A stretch of DNA of 64,000 bases from the human T2T-CHM13v2.0 reference genome, Homo sapiens. The notes under the pieces are model-generated. The model was not told the origin of the DNA. It worked only from the letters and a program-made list of their open reading frames with translations, and ran no database searches. The translations under genes were made by a program, and so were the position numbers. The stretch lies in NCBI RefSeq assembly GCF_009914755.1, contig NC_060934.1. One strand, 5' to 3'. This document shows positions 1-12,325 of the stretch, in pieces (positions within the stretch are counted from its first letter, which is position 1; each line of letters starts with the position of its first letter).

Positions 1-545
1 CTGTATACTCAACAGAACACATAAGGGTGTGGCTGGAACCTCATCTTGGGCTCTCTGATCTTCTCAGAGCTCAACAGCGGCAAGTCCATCGCTTTTGTTG
101 GTCATGAAGGACATTGTCAACAACACTGTCTGGAATCTGCAAACCCCTGTGTATCAATAATTTCCAAAATAAACACCCCAAATAAAGGAGAATCACATAT
201 TGCCTGGTAATAATCTAGAGGATCTAAACACCTTATTTTCAGTGACTTTGTTTGTTTTGGATTATTCAAATCCTAGTAAAATGATTTAAATTCTCTTTGG
301 TCATCTATTAATACCAACAATATTGATCAGGTGGGGTTCTGGGTGCCTAGTGACCATAAAAGACACTTAAAATGTTCAAGTAGTTTAATAATATCTTTCA
401 GTTAAAGATATGACTTCAGATTAGTGGACTAAAAGGAGCTTATAAGACTTTTTCCCAGGCTTTGTCTCCTCCTGGCTAGATAAGTACTGCACACACATGT
501 ATGTGTGCTCACATACACACATGCACACACCCCTTTACATTGCAA

Positions 546-660
546 TTCTTCATTGAATAAATATCTACTGAGTATCTTTCATATGCCAGGTACAATCCTA
601 GGTGCTAGGATGGAAAACAATTGAATAAGGAAAAGTCATTGCCACAAAGATTATAGTTGA
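546..660 (-). mobile_element. L2 LINE 3' end fragment
   Basis: ttcattgaataaatatctactgagtatc...atgccaggtacaatcctaggtgctagg resembles the reverse complement of the L2 3' terminus; highly diverged. Confidence 0.55.
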
Positions 661-1271
661 GTTACTGCCTACTTCATTTTATAAGTTAATTAATTGAAAA
701 AAATCATGATTCAACTTCATATATTAAATCAGATTTTCTAATCCAATTAAGCATCTCATTATAGAGCATATTTACTAATAACTTGAGCATGTTGTCATTA
801 TCTTTTAATAATAACACTATCATCTACCATTATTTAATATTTTGAAGGAATAAGATACTGTGCTAAGGGTTTTATATAAAATATTCATTAATTCAGCAAA
901 CATGTATTAGTATCTATACCTTACTGGAAACTAGTATAGGCTAGGGCTTCCCATGCATTTCAAATAAAAAAGCTGATGCTTTAACCCAATAGTGGTGATT
1001 AACTCCAACTTTCATATTCAAATGACTAATAGAGGAGGTTCTCTATACTCCTACCTCCTTTACATTTTTTAACACACCATGAAATAATAAAACACAAAGA
1101 AACAGCAACTCCCAGAAAGCTCTACTAAGAATACTCTCTATCTCTTTCTATTTCATAGAAATTCAGTTACTGAAGCAAAAACCCACAAAAATAAAAATTT
1201 TACTTCAGATCCCAGCTTCTTGTGACCCATTGCTTGCTGTAAAGTATACATTTATTTTGCTGTCTATTTTT

Positions 1272-1490
1272 TTCTTTAAAATAATTTCAAATTTACAGAA
1301 AAGTTGTAAGAACAGAATATTATTTTTTATTGAACCATTTCATAGAACATTGAAGATGTGTTAGGCCTTTATTCCTGAACACTCAATTTGTATTTTCTAT
1401 AACATGGACATTATCTTTAAGGCCAATACAAGCATAAAAATCAGAAAATTATTAATGACATGTTATAATCATCTAAAGCACAGATTATCT
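1272..1490 (-). mobile_element. Old L1 (L1MC/L1ME-type) 3' fragment
   Basis: aaataatttcaaatttacagaaaagttg...tgaaccattt...ggacattatctt...atcagaaaatt is typical of antisense L1MC4/5-type 3' UTR. Confidence 0.55.
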
Positions 1491-2639
1491 GAGCAGAAGT
1501 TTCTAAATTTTTTTTTTAATAAAAACTGACCAGCTCAAAAGTACATCAATTATAAAAGGAATTCTTGGCATTTAATGATAAAGCACAAATGCAACAATAA
1601 TTTGAAGAGTTGGAAGACAAACGCAAGCTACTTACTCGGAATATAGAACCAAACAGACATGTAAATCAGAAAAGCAAAGATTAGAAAATCAGAGTCAACT
1701 CAGGAAATACAACATTCAAAAAATCTTGATGAAGGAGGCTTTCAGGGACAGTGATGAAACCCTTCCAATGAGACATTCAGAGACATGGTCCTGCCAAAGC
1801 TTCACTCACTGTTGGGAAAAGAACAAGTCCCCCTAAGTAAATGTTAAAATGACCTTTGGAAATGAAACACAGGTATGCTTATACAAAACATTCTTACGTA
1901 GTCAAGTGACTCTTCCATCTTCCCCACATACAGTAGAGATACAGAGACGAGGGATGGGAGCAGGGGCAAATCACTCGGTCAATCTTTATTTTGACTACCT
2001 AAGATTCAAATTGTCCTGAGGTAATGAATCTTTTTCCTGTGGATTGTGGGAACAGAGCTGCCACTTGTAATACAGCCTTAGAAGTAGGCAGGCGACAGGT
2101 GGATTATTATCTCTCAGACCTGCTACTTTAAAATAATTATACAAAATTAAAATAAAGCAAACAAACACCCTCCCCTAATATCTATCATACCATGTTATAC
2201 AAGCTATATTTTGGATTACAATAGACCCTTGGATAAATAATACTTGAATATTCCTTCCTCTTGCATGGCCCACATGTGGTCAACATGTGACTTGCATTCC
2301 TCACCCTGCCATTGAAGAGTGGACAGCTAATACCCCAGTAGTCCACCAGAAGAGGCTGTTTTTGCTTTCTCAAGGGTAAGTCATTAGTCTACAGATGCCC
2401 TTGACTGCCGTGAGCACATAACAAGCAAGCTTTTGAAGGTTCCCATTGCAGAACCCACCAATAGTATTGGAGTTAGAAGATAACTCCCTCAGTTCTTTCA
2501 GTTGGTGGGATTTTATCAGAGGGCTCTGGGAGAGATTTCTTGAAAACAATAAAATTGATGAATTATATAAAATTATTTGAACTATTAAGAGACACATGCA
2601 ACTGGGAGGCACTGAATTAGTGTTAGGTCAAAAAAAAAC

Positions 2640-3135
2640 CTAAGCAAGTGAAAATATGTCTTTAATAATGCTAGAGAAAACAAAATATTGAAAGAAATAT
2701 AAAACAATCCTTGTAGAGTACATGACTGAGCTGTAAATGCTATCATTTAGTCATAATATAATAAACATGAATATTCATTAGATCAAAATTATGATACACT
2801 ATTTCAAGACGATGAGAGCACAAAAGTGGAGATATGTGTGATAAGGGCTGGAAAATGAAAGCTAAATTCTCATCTTCCATAGTGGGAAGCCAATAAATAA
2901 AGCCTATTAATAAAAAAATCAAGACACTGTAGTATAACCATGTTATTTAGAGATATAGAGAGATCTTAAAAGAATCAGGAAATATAGTTGCAAGTGGTTG
3001 CATCTGTGCAACAGGAACTGGGCTGGGAAAGAACATAGGAAATGGCTGTTTTTGTAGCAAAACTAATAGAACCATTTGACACCTTAAAGTACGTACATAT
3101 GTAAGTTGTTTTATTAAAATAAAAAGTAAATTGAA
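2640..3135 (+). mobile_element. Old L1 (L1MC/L1ME-type) 3' fragment
   Basis: A-rich strand with aagtggttgcatctg...tagaaccatttgac...acatatgtaag...taaaataaaaa, resembling an L1MC4a/L1ME 3' end. Confidence 0.5.
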
Positions 3136-4660
3136 AAATACTATACTGCATATGTTGAAATCTAAATGGCCCTACACATTTTATTTTTTAATGTACATTT
3201 TACATTTATTTGAGGTTAAGTTTGCTTCCCTGAGATATGTAAGCTTGACAGCAGTCTAGTTGGAACTTTAAGAATACAAAACTGAAAATATTTACTTTCC
3301 TGCAAATGGAAAAAAAATTGAGCTACTGACACTATAGTAAAGTAGAATGTTTACTTACTGATTACTTGCTGATTACAGAAACTATAATCACCACAATGGT
3401 AGTAATTTTAGCCAAAAGGACAGAAATCTTATGTAAATAACTCAGAATTGTACACGTAACAAGCCATTTATGAAATACTGAAAAAATATACGCATAGAAA
3501 AATATTATGGAAAGTTCACTGTCACCATTTTACAGTTAGCAGGATTATGAATAACCCTGAGAGATGCTGCACATCACAGCTGTGTCTTGCAATGTTTCTT
3601 TCAAAATTTTAACATTTACACCAAAACTAAGAGTTATAAGATCATTCATCATCAGTGACCTTTAACAAATTTGTCTGTGATGATTTGAAAATTTTTGATT
3701 TTATTTCCTCATGGAAACTACATTTGGATATTTTAATTTCAAGTTACAAATGTATTAATGGCTCAAAAACATATGTTGATAAGCTCAGGTGAGCCTATTA
3801 TTATACTATTTTATCACATATTTGTTAATGGTGCCTGATTTACTTGATGAATGAAACTGTAAGTCTTGACCCAAATGAGTACCAATTAACATTTGTAATA
3901 TGTAACTGGAAAAGGGAACTGACAGATTCTTGAGTGCCAGCGGTCTCAATTTGTCTAGGCTAGATTTAGTCCTAATAGACAGAAACCACATAGGATAAAT
4001 GACATTCTTTGACTACTTTAACCTAAGCTTTTATTCTGCCTTTAGATTTTACCAAACAGATGGAAGAGTAAGGCGAAACTAGTAAAAAAAAAAAAATCCT
4101 GCTCAAAAATGCAGGAAATAAAATAAGAAAAGCTAGCCAAAGGTCTAGAGCAAAACTTGCCTAGGTCACCTGTGAGATTCCAAATGCAGCATGCATTGGC
4201 ATGGGAGAAACCTCACACACAAATGTAACTCCCATGTAGTCTCTAATCTTAACTCCCATAATCAGCAATGTCAAAACTTCCCTTTCAGATTCTGCATTTG
4301 TGATCCATGAACCCTACCAATCATGGGTAGTATATCACTTTCTACGGGTATAGAAGTAGAAGTAGGAAAGGCAAACAAAATAAGGTGTGAGACTCTTTGC
4401 CTATCGTTGCCTGCAGGTATCTAATTTTGGAAAAAAAAATGAGAATACACATTCCAAGATGTTTTTGAATGATAACAATTATGGTGCAAGCGGAACCCTG
4501 GAAACCCTGAATTGTAGACCTATGAGCCCTGGTAATTTGTCATGGGAAATAAACAAACAAATTAAGAAAGAATGAGATTAATTCGCTGACAGTGCTGTTT
4601 CCAAAGCATGATATTGCAAGGCTTGAGCATTTTGGGGAGGTGGGTGGGGACAGCAAGGGA

Positions 4661-4947
4661 AGACAGGGTCTCACTCTGTCACTCAGGCTAGAGTGCAGTG
4701 GTGCAATCACAACTCACTGCAGCCTCGATCTCCTGGGATCAAGTGATCCTCCTGCCTCAACCTCCCGAGCACCTGGGACTATAGGCACTAACCACCATGC
4801 CCAGGTAATTAAAAAAAAAAAAGAAATTGTAGAGACAGGATCTCACTGTGTTGCCCAGGGTGGTCTTGAACTCCTAGGCTCAGGTGATCCTTCCACCTGT
4901 TCCTCCCAAAGTGCTAGAATTAGAGGAATGAACCACTGTGCCAGCCA
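4661..4947 (-). mobile_element. AluJ (Jo/Jr-like) SINE
   Basis: Antisense dimeric Alu (agacagggtctcactctgtc...tgtgccagcc) with J-type diagnostics; flanked by TSD-like tgagcatttt at 4624-4633 and 4952-4961. Explains ORF 4592..4954. Confidence 0.93.
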
Positions 4948-5390
4948 AACCTGAGCATTTTATTTCAAATGCAATTTATACAATTTAAGACAAGGAAAAA
5001 GAAAACACAGTTAAACTTCAACAGAATTCTTAGAGGATCACCAATCTACCGATCGTGAAGACAGATCTCACACTATGCTCCAATCCTTCTCTCCACTATT
5101 TGCTTTTGACACTCCTTATACTAGATACCTTCTTGGAAATATCCTTGGCATTCCCCCAGAGCCTGCAATACATGCCTAGGTTAAAGCAGATGCTAAATGC
5201 ACACACATACACACAACACACAACATAGACACTCAGGAAGAAAGATCAAAATAGGCCTTTTCAGACATAGATATTAAATTATCATACAAAAGATACTTCT
5301 ACCTAGAAATGAGAAGTCAAAGTATTTCATTTAAAATTACAATTCATACATATATCACCAATCAATGGTAAGTTCATTCTGCATATAGAT

Positions 5391-5850
5391 TGCAGTAAGA
5401 GTCCTGCCTGTATTCACAATCTTTGCACTACAACTTCACAGTTCCTCCCATAGAGAGTTGCTATTCACCTGCCCTTTAATTCTGAGTTTAGCCATAAGAC
5501 TTGCTTTGGCTAAAGGGATGTTACCAAATGTGATTAAGCAGAGGCTTGTACAATTGGGCTTGTTATTTTCTCCTCTCATTATTGTGAAAAATTAAGATCA
5601 TATGCATATTAGTTTACTGAAAGATAAGAGATAGAAAGCCCTGTCCTTGCCCTAGCTGAAAACTGCCAACTACAACTACTACTGCCAACAACTTCTAGTT
5701 TCCACATGGAAACAAGAAGAACCAACCAATTAAGACTGACGTAAATCACCAACTCTCAATCAGATCTGCAAGCCAAGCAAACGCTTATTGTTTCAAGCCA
5801 TTGAGATCTGGAGTGGTGTGTTATGCAGTGTTAAACATAACACATAGCAA
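5391..5850 (+). mobile_element. MLT1 (MaLR) LTR, MLT1G/H-like
   Basis: gacttgctttggctaaagggatg and 3' cttattgtttcaagccattgagatctggagtggtgtgttatgcag are MLT1 hallmarks. Confidence 0.7.
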
Positions 5851-7830
5851 TCTCTCTTTTGAGGACATTCATAAGAATATCACCGAAAATGCATGGAACT
5901 AGTTAATTAATGGTTAAAAAAGTCATAATAAAAAATATCAGGTCGTAGAGTTTGAAAAATATCACACTGAAATTCATGTAACTTGCAAAGCCATAGTTAG
6001 AAGTTTAAATTGACAAGAAGCAAATAAATATAAAAATAGATTCTTACATAAATAAAGCGCATTGTATTTGTTACCTGAAATTTACTTCTCGTGGCAAGAG
6101 GGACCCTGTTTTTATGAAACTATCCGTTGGTATTGGAAATGTTTAGATAAAACGTACAGCCATGCTATGATAAATGTATTGCATTTCTCAAACTGTTTGC
6201 TATTAAATGTGAAGACATCATTGTAGCAAACTCTATTTCCCAGTAAAGTTGAGACACGGATTGATAACATTTGCAATACATCGTCATCAATTCAAGGAAA
6301 GTCTTTTGCTCCTTATCAATCCTTTCTTGTGTTCTTGTTGTACTACATCTTCCATTCTCTTCCAGAGCTATTCTACAACTTCACTGTCTATTCAAGCCCC
6401 CTTTCTGATATTAATCATTTCACTCACCGACTTATAAGGCACTATGCTATTATTCTAGTTTTCTATTTCTACTACAATATTAATCATTTATAAATAGAAA
6501 AATATTTTAAACATTTTCAAAAATTCAAATTTTTGTGTTAAAGTGATTTGGTAATATACTGCATCCCTAAAGCACATCCAGGATAATACTGAAAAGAAAA
6601 AGAAACAAAATCATAAAAGCAGAAGATATTTTTATGAAATGCAACCATTAAAATACAATTAAGGAAAAAGAATAGTTAAAATAAGTATCTAGAACAATTA
6701 AGAAAACAAATCAAAATTGTAAGGAAAAAGTACTTGGAAAAGGATGATAAAACTAAATGAAGTAAGGAAGACAGATCTAGAAAGTTCCACATGGGTCTAA
6801 TCTGAATACAGAAGGCACCCACCTCCTAAAACACCTCAATAACAAAAATTAATGAACAAAAAATGAATAGTAAGTAGAAAATAATGTCTTTAAATAAGCT
6901 CTCCAAAATAAAATAACATATACCAACATTATCATAGTAATACTAATAAAATTGATGAAACTTAATGTTGAGGCAATCACACAAAACAAATGGCAGAAAG
7001 GTAATGAGGGAGAAATGTGCTAAACATGGCTACATTTGTTTTGTTTCAGGCTAAACAAGATAAATTTTCTAAATATCATTGCATTGTTAAATATTTCTGG
7101 TTCATTATTTAGGATAATTTAATAAACTGAAGGGTGTGTTTAGTAGTGTCAAATTTCATAAAAAGTGCTTATTCCAAAGGAAAATTATAAATTGATTTTT
7201 GATCACTAGAAAGGATATATATTATGAGTCTTTAAAATTGTGTCTTTATAAGGAAAACAAATGTAAAACAAATAAACAAAAAAAAAATATTACCAGGACT
7301 GGGGCACAAAATATATACCAAGAGGGGAAGGAAAAACAATGTGAGAGAGAGAAGAGGAAAAAATCTTAAAACAATGGCTCATTTATTGACAATTTGAGCT
7401 GTGTTCCTAACAAAACAATAAAAAATACTAAATGTAAAACAAATACACTTGCAAAGGAATAAAAAAGAAGCTTATTTTAGTGCTGCAGAAGTTTTTCTAA
7501 TCAGTTTCTGCAAATCATAATCTTGAAATCTATTATTTATTTTTGTGAGCCCTTAGCATTAAGTTAATATAAAGAGTGCCTGAAAAATACACTTTCTAAT
7601 TAATTTGAGGGGTTACTCATTGTCAATGAAATATTTTTGACCTGAAATTGACAATACCTAGATTCCAGTCCATTTCTTTTTAACTAACTCATCATGTTAA
7701 GTTACGCAAGTCACCAAAACTCAGGATCATTATCTTCTCATCATTAATACAAGATAGTTACAATATGTTGCCGTATGGTTCCATTTTGAGAGCTTGATAC
7801 ATTATTGCAAACACTGTGATATGTGATGTA

Positions 7831-8173
7831 CAGCCAGTTCTCTGTATCCACGGTTCTGCATCATCAGATTTAGCCAATGGTGAACCAAAAGTATTTAAGA
7901 AAAACATAACAATACAAATAATACAAATAAAAATACAGTATAACAACTGTACACAATTGTAATTGTGTACACAGCATTTACATTGTAAATACACAGCATT
8001 TACATTGTATTAGTCATTATAAGTCCATTAGTGATGATTAAAAGTATAGGGAAGAAATGCATAGCTTATATGCAAATACTATGTCATTTCATATAAGGGA
8101 CTTGAGCATCCACTGATTTTGGTATCCACAGGGATCCTGGCACCAATCCCCTGCACATAACAAGGGATAACTG
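7831..8173 (+). mobile_element. MER2 non-autonomous Tigger (TcMar) DNA transposon
   Basis: Ends cag...ctg flanked by TA on both sides (7829-7830, 8174-8175); internal tatatgcaaatactatgtcatttcatataagggacttgagcatcc typical of MER2; about 343 bp. Confidence 0.85.
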
Positions 8174-8189
8174 TATATAATCTTGATTA

Positions 8190-8300
8190 AATCCTATCAA
8201 CAGTATTATTAGGAGAATTTTTTATCTCTGTTTTAAAGATAGGGAAACTGAGGCCAAGAGACATTAAGTAGCCTGCACAAAGGCACACAAATGCATCTTA
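8190..8300 (-). mobile_element. MIR SINE fragment
   Basis: MIR core ttttaaagatagggaaactgaggccaagagacattaagtagcctgc. Confidence 0.65.
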
Positions 8301-9371
8301 GTATTCCAGTTTGCCTCAGCTATTATGCAGTACTGCATCCAGGTGGTTGTAATAAAACAGCTAATTTCTTATGAAGCGTGAAAGAACTCGTGGCATGATT
8401 AGTTAGACATGTTAATTGCTCACAATATATAATTTCAGGTGAATTAAAAGTAGTTTATTTCCATTAGCCACTGCCTCCCACTTTTCTTATGTCACCATTA
8501 GGGATGCATTACCTTGGGATATCAGATACCATTAAAATGGGAATTGAAATATGGCAGAAAGGTATGAATCATTAAATACTAGCTCATAACAATCAGCCAA
8601 GGATAAGACACAAGATAATAATCAGTAGACAGGAGTAAAAATATGAACAAACTTCAGAATATTCTCTAAAGCAAATTCCATCTACTTCACACATTATTAA
8701 CACTTGACTGATGGAGTACAGTAGTTACTCTTTTTCAGTATTTGTAAAAACAAATCTAGAATCTCAGGTCAGGAAAAGGATACAGAGTTGAAGCCACTTT
8801 CAGACCAGATAAAAATGTTCAGAACTTCTGGTAGACAGAGTTATAGAAACCCATCTGTCTCTAAAAAATTATGTAAGGAGAAAAGTTAGCAATTCAAAAA
8901 TGAGAAAGAAAACCGAGACTGTTTTATTCTAGGAAAACTGAACAACACCAGCAGCTACTCAGCTGCCAGAGCTGTTTCATCTTTTCAAATAGAGGATCCT
9001 ACAAGAATTGGATAGCAACAATGAGAGAATGAAGACAGCTCCTACTCAGCTCAGTCCTTTCCACTTGGCCCCATAATCCCCGACAACCAGTGTGAGTTTG
9101 TGTCTATAGATAAAAATCATTTTGCCATCTGAGATCAAAGAAAAAAATGAGTTCATTCTGAGAATGGAATGTGTCGAAAGATTATTCGTACTCTTGGCAC
9201 TAAAGATTAGTATCGTATGCTCTAACACTTCTTTCACAAAGGACGAATGAACGCAGAGATCATATGGAATTAGAAGAACCGGCATTCACTTGTAGGAAAA
9301 ATGTTAATCAATGATCATAATAATGCTTATTAAGGAAAATAATTAATTTGTCTGGAGATTTTCAATTTCTG

Positions 9372-9555
9372 TCATTGTGCTACTTTATGAAGACTATCTT
9401 ATTTAATATTCTCAACAACCTCATGAAGTAGACACTGCATTTTACACATGAAGAAGCTGAGAATAAGAGAAATTATGTGACATGACTAAAACAATTCAGA
9501 TATGAAACAGTGAACCATGATTTGAAATTGTCTGAGTGCAAAGCTTTTGTTATTA
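9372..9555 (-). mobile_element. MIR SINE fragment
   Basis: tctcaacaacctcatgaagtag...cattttacacatgaagaagctgag MIR core. Confidence 0.65.
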
Positions 9556-9724
9556 ATTACTAATTATGTAAACATTTTGAGTTTTATCAAGTTTTTTTGG
9601 ATACGGCTCATACTATCATTTTCTAGATAGCATTTGTAAACAAATACTCTCTCATTCTCTCAAAGAATATACATAAAATATATAGAAATGAATGTATCTA
9701 TGTATCATCTAGAAATTAATATAA

Positions 9725-11005
9725 ACCTGGGGTCCTCAAAATAAAAAAATGATTATAATGAAAAAACTATATGAGTTTTTTTCTATATGAGTTTACAACT
9801 CATAAAAACTTATTATTACATGTTTAAACAGAATCTAGTTTGAGAAACTAAGAAGGATAAGTATGAAAAGCCCCTATCAGAGAAACATGAATTCTGCTAA
9901 AACTGAAGCAAGAACAAAAACAAAACTTATGAGGAAGCTTGGGTGGAAGAATGGTGAAATCATTGCTGCTTCATATAAAGTTTATAGAGGCAATGCCCCA
10001 AAGAAACCAGCAGTTTAAAAATTAGTGACTAATTTTAAGAACTGATGAGATGATGTTGAAGATGAAGCCCACAGTGATAGACCATTCACATCAATTTGTG
10101 AGGAAAAAATTAACCTGGTTCATGCCCTAATTGAAGAGAACCAACAACTAACAGCAGAAACAATAGCTAACACCATAGATAGCTCAACTAGTTCAGCTTA
10201 ACAATTCTGACTAAAAAATTAAACTTGAGCAAGCTTTTCACAGAATGGGTGCTAAAACCACTGCACCTAGATTAGTTACAGACAAGAGCAGAGCTTTTGA
10301 TGTAAATGTTTAAAAAATGGAATCAAGATCTTAAAGCATTTCTTCAACACCCGTAACAGGAGGCGAAACATGGCTTTACCAGTGTGATCCTGAAGACAAA
10401 ACACAATGAAAGCAATGGGTACCAAAAGTTAGACATGGTCCACTTAAAACAAAAGAGGACCAGTCAAGAGCAAAGGTAATGGCAAGAGTTTTTTGGGGGC
10501 ACTCAAGGCATTTTGCTTATTGACTTCCTGGAGGGCCAGAGAACAATAGTATCTGCTTATCACGAGAGTGTTTTGAGAAAGCTAGCCAAAGTTTTATCAG
10601 AAAGACACCCAGAAAAGCTTTACCAGAGAGTCCTTCTCCACCATGACAATGCTCTTGCTACTGCTCATTACTATTACCAAACAAGGACAACTTTGTAAGA
10701 GTTTTGATGGACAATCATTAGGCATCAACCTTACCGTTCTGGTTTGGATCCTCTGACTTCTTTTTGTTTCCTAATCTTAAACAATCTGTAAAGGGCACCC
10801 ATTTCTCTCTAGTAAATAATGTAAAAAAATTTCATTGAGATGGTTAAATTCCTAGGACCATCAGCTCTTTAGGGATAAATGAAATGGCTTGTATCATCAC
10901 TTACAAAAGTCTTGAATGTGATAGAGTTTGTTGAGAAATAAAGTATATATTTTTTGTTTTTATCTTTTAATTAAATTTTTCCATGAACTTTTTGAAGTCT
11001 CCTCA
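9725..11005 (+). mobile_element. Hsmar2 mariner DNA transposon, near full length
   Basis: About 1.28 kb; right TIR ttttccatgaactttttgaagtctcctca followed by TA; degenerate left TIR ggggtcctcaaaa; contains the transposase relic. Confidence 0.93.
9887..10941 (+). pseudogene. Decayed Hsmar2 mariner transposase
   Basis: Starts MNSAKTEART (ATG 9887); VTGGETW at 10353-10373 (first catalytic D changed to G); ORF 10513..10698 LIDFLEGQRT...VLLHHDNA; ends VEK* at 10941; multiple stops and frameshifts. Confidence 0.92.
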
Positions 11006-12325
11006 TATGTGTGTATACATATACATATATCCCCTATAAATGAAGAAAATAACACCACAATGTCTTCATATACAAATATAATTTGTACCTAATTTTTTTA
11101 TTATGAAAAAATGGAAAAGAAAGACAAAAAATAAAAACACTTGAGGTTAAATTCATTTTGAATGCCTACTTTTTAAAGTGCTATTTTCTATATAGGATTA
11201 TGAAGCAAAAATTTCACTTTGTCCTGTGCTTACTAAGATTATTTATTAGGCCATGATGGATGCTGTCATACTCATAAAGTGTTCTTATAAAACACACAGC
11301 ACAAGAAAACAGCTAAATAAAATGGTTCATAAAAACTATTTCCATACAGACAACTCAAAAAACAGAATTGCTGCTTGTAAAATTGTCTGAAAGTCTAAGC
11401 TGAGGACAGAGTCCAGATGGTAAAATGTATGGCCAATATGGTAACGCCTAATTATAAAGGAATAAAAACAAAAGGTCTCCAATAATTAGATGGTGATGCA
11501 GACTAGAGCATACACTGTGAGTAGGAGGGTTAAACAGAAGAGTTGCAGATCTAGATCTCAAGTAAGAAAAAGCAGACAGCAGCTATGGTGCAACTGAAAG
11601 TAACTTCACTGAAGATATGAGGGATACACCACCCCGGGCAAGTCTCTGTATTATCTCAATCTTAGTCTCTTCATCTGTGCAATGAAGACATCACCCTTTA
11701 TCCTTTTGGGGTTATAGCTCTTCTGGAGAATCTAGTAGAAAACAATCCACATAGCCACAGAGATGTGATAGTTTATATAAAATCTGTAGTATTCCAGACC
11801 CTCATAAATGAGAATTCCTGAATTAAATGATCTTTATGGTCTTTCCCAGATTGCCCACCTTTTCACTTTTCTTTTTCTGACACAAAACAAAATTCACAGG
11901 CTAAGATTTGATCTATTTTTTATGCCTATTTTCAGAATCAGACACCATAACTAAATAATTAAATAACAAAACTGATAGTTTGACACCATATATGTATTTG
12001 TGTGTTTATGCATGTGATTTCAATGACTATTTTTTGCAAGTGAAATCCAAGTTATCTTGGGTTTTAGTTTACATATCACACTAACAACAACCCTCTAGTA
12101 ATCAGTGACTATTTTTTTTTCCTTCAGGAGACTTCAGAGTGGCTAAATCTCTGACTGCAAATAGGCTTCATGCTTTCTAAACAATTCACGGGCAACTTAA
12201 AGCATTTCTTGATGAAAATGACAGTGGTAAGGGCAGCCAACATTGATCCCCTGCCAATGCTAGGAAAAACTCACTCTGGTTTCTCTACTCCTGGAACACT
12301 ACAGGTTATATCATGCCTCTCTAGC

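Noticed and set aside
1-140. Relatively GC-balanced stretch that could be a minus-strand exon
   Set aside because: Weak polypyrimidine tract, stops in all three frames, truncated by the window edge, no recognisable product.
4592-4954. 120-aa ORF and similar ORFs at 14089, 14151, 19377, 36998, 53164, 57205 and 62147
   Set aside because: Typical Alu-derived translations (LECSG, SASRVAG, GFHHVGQ).
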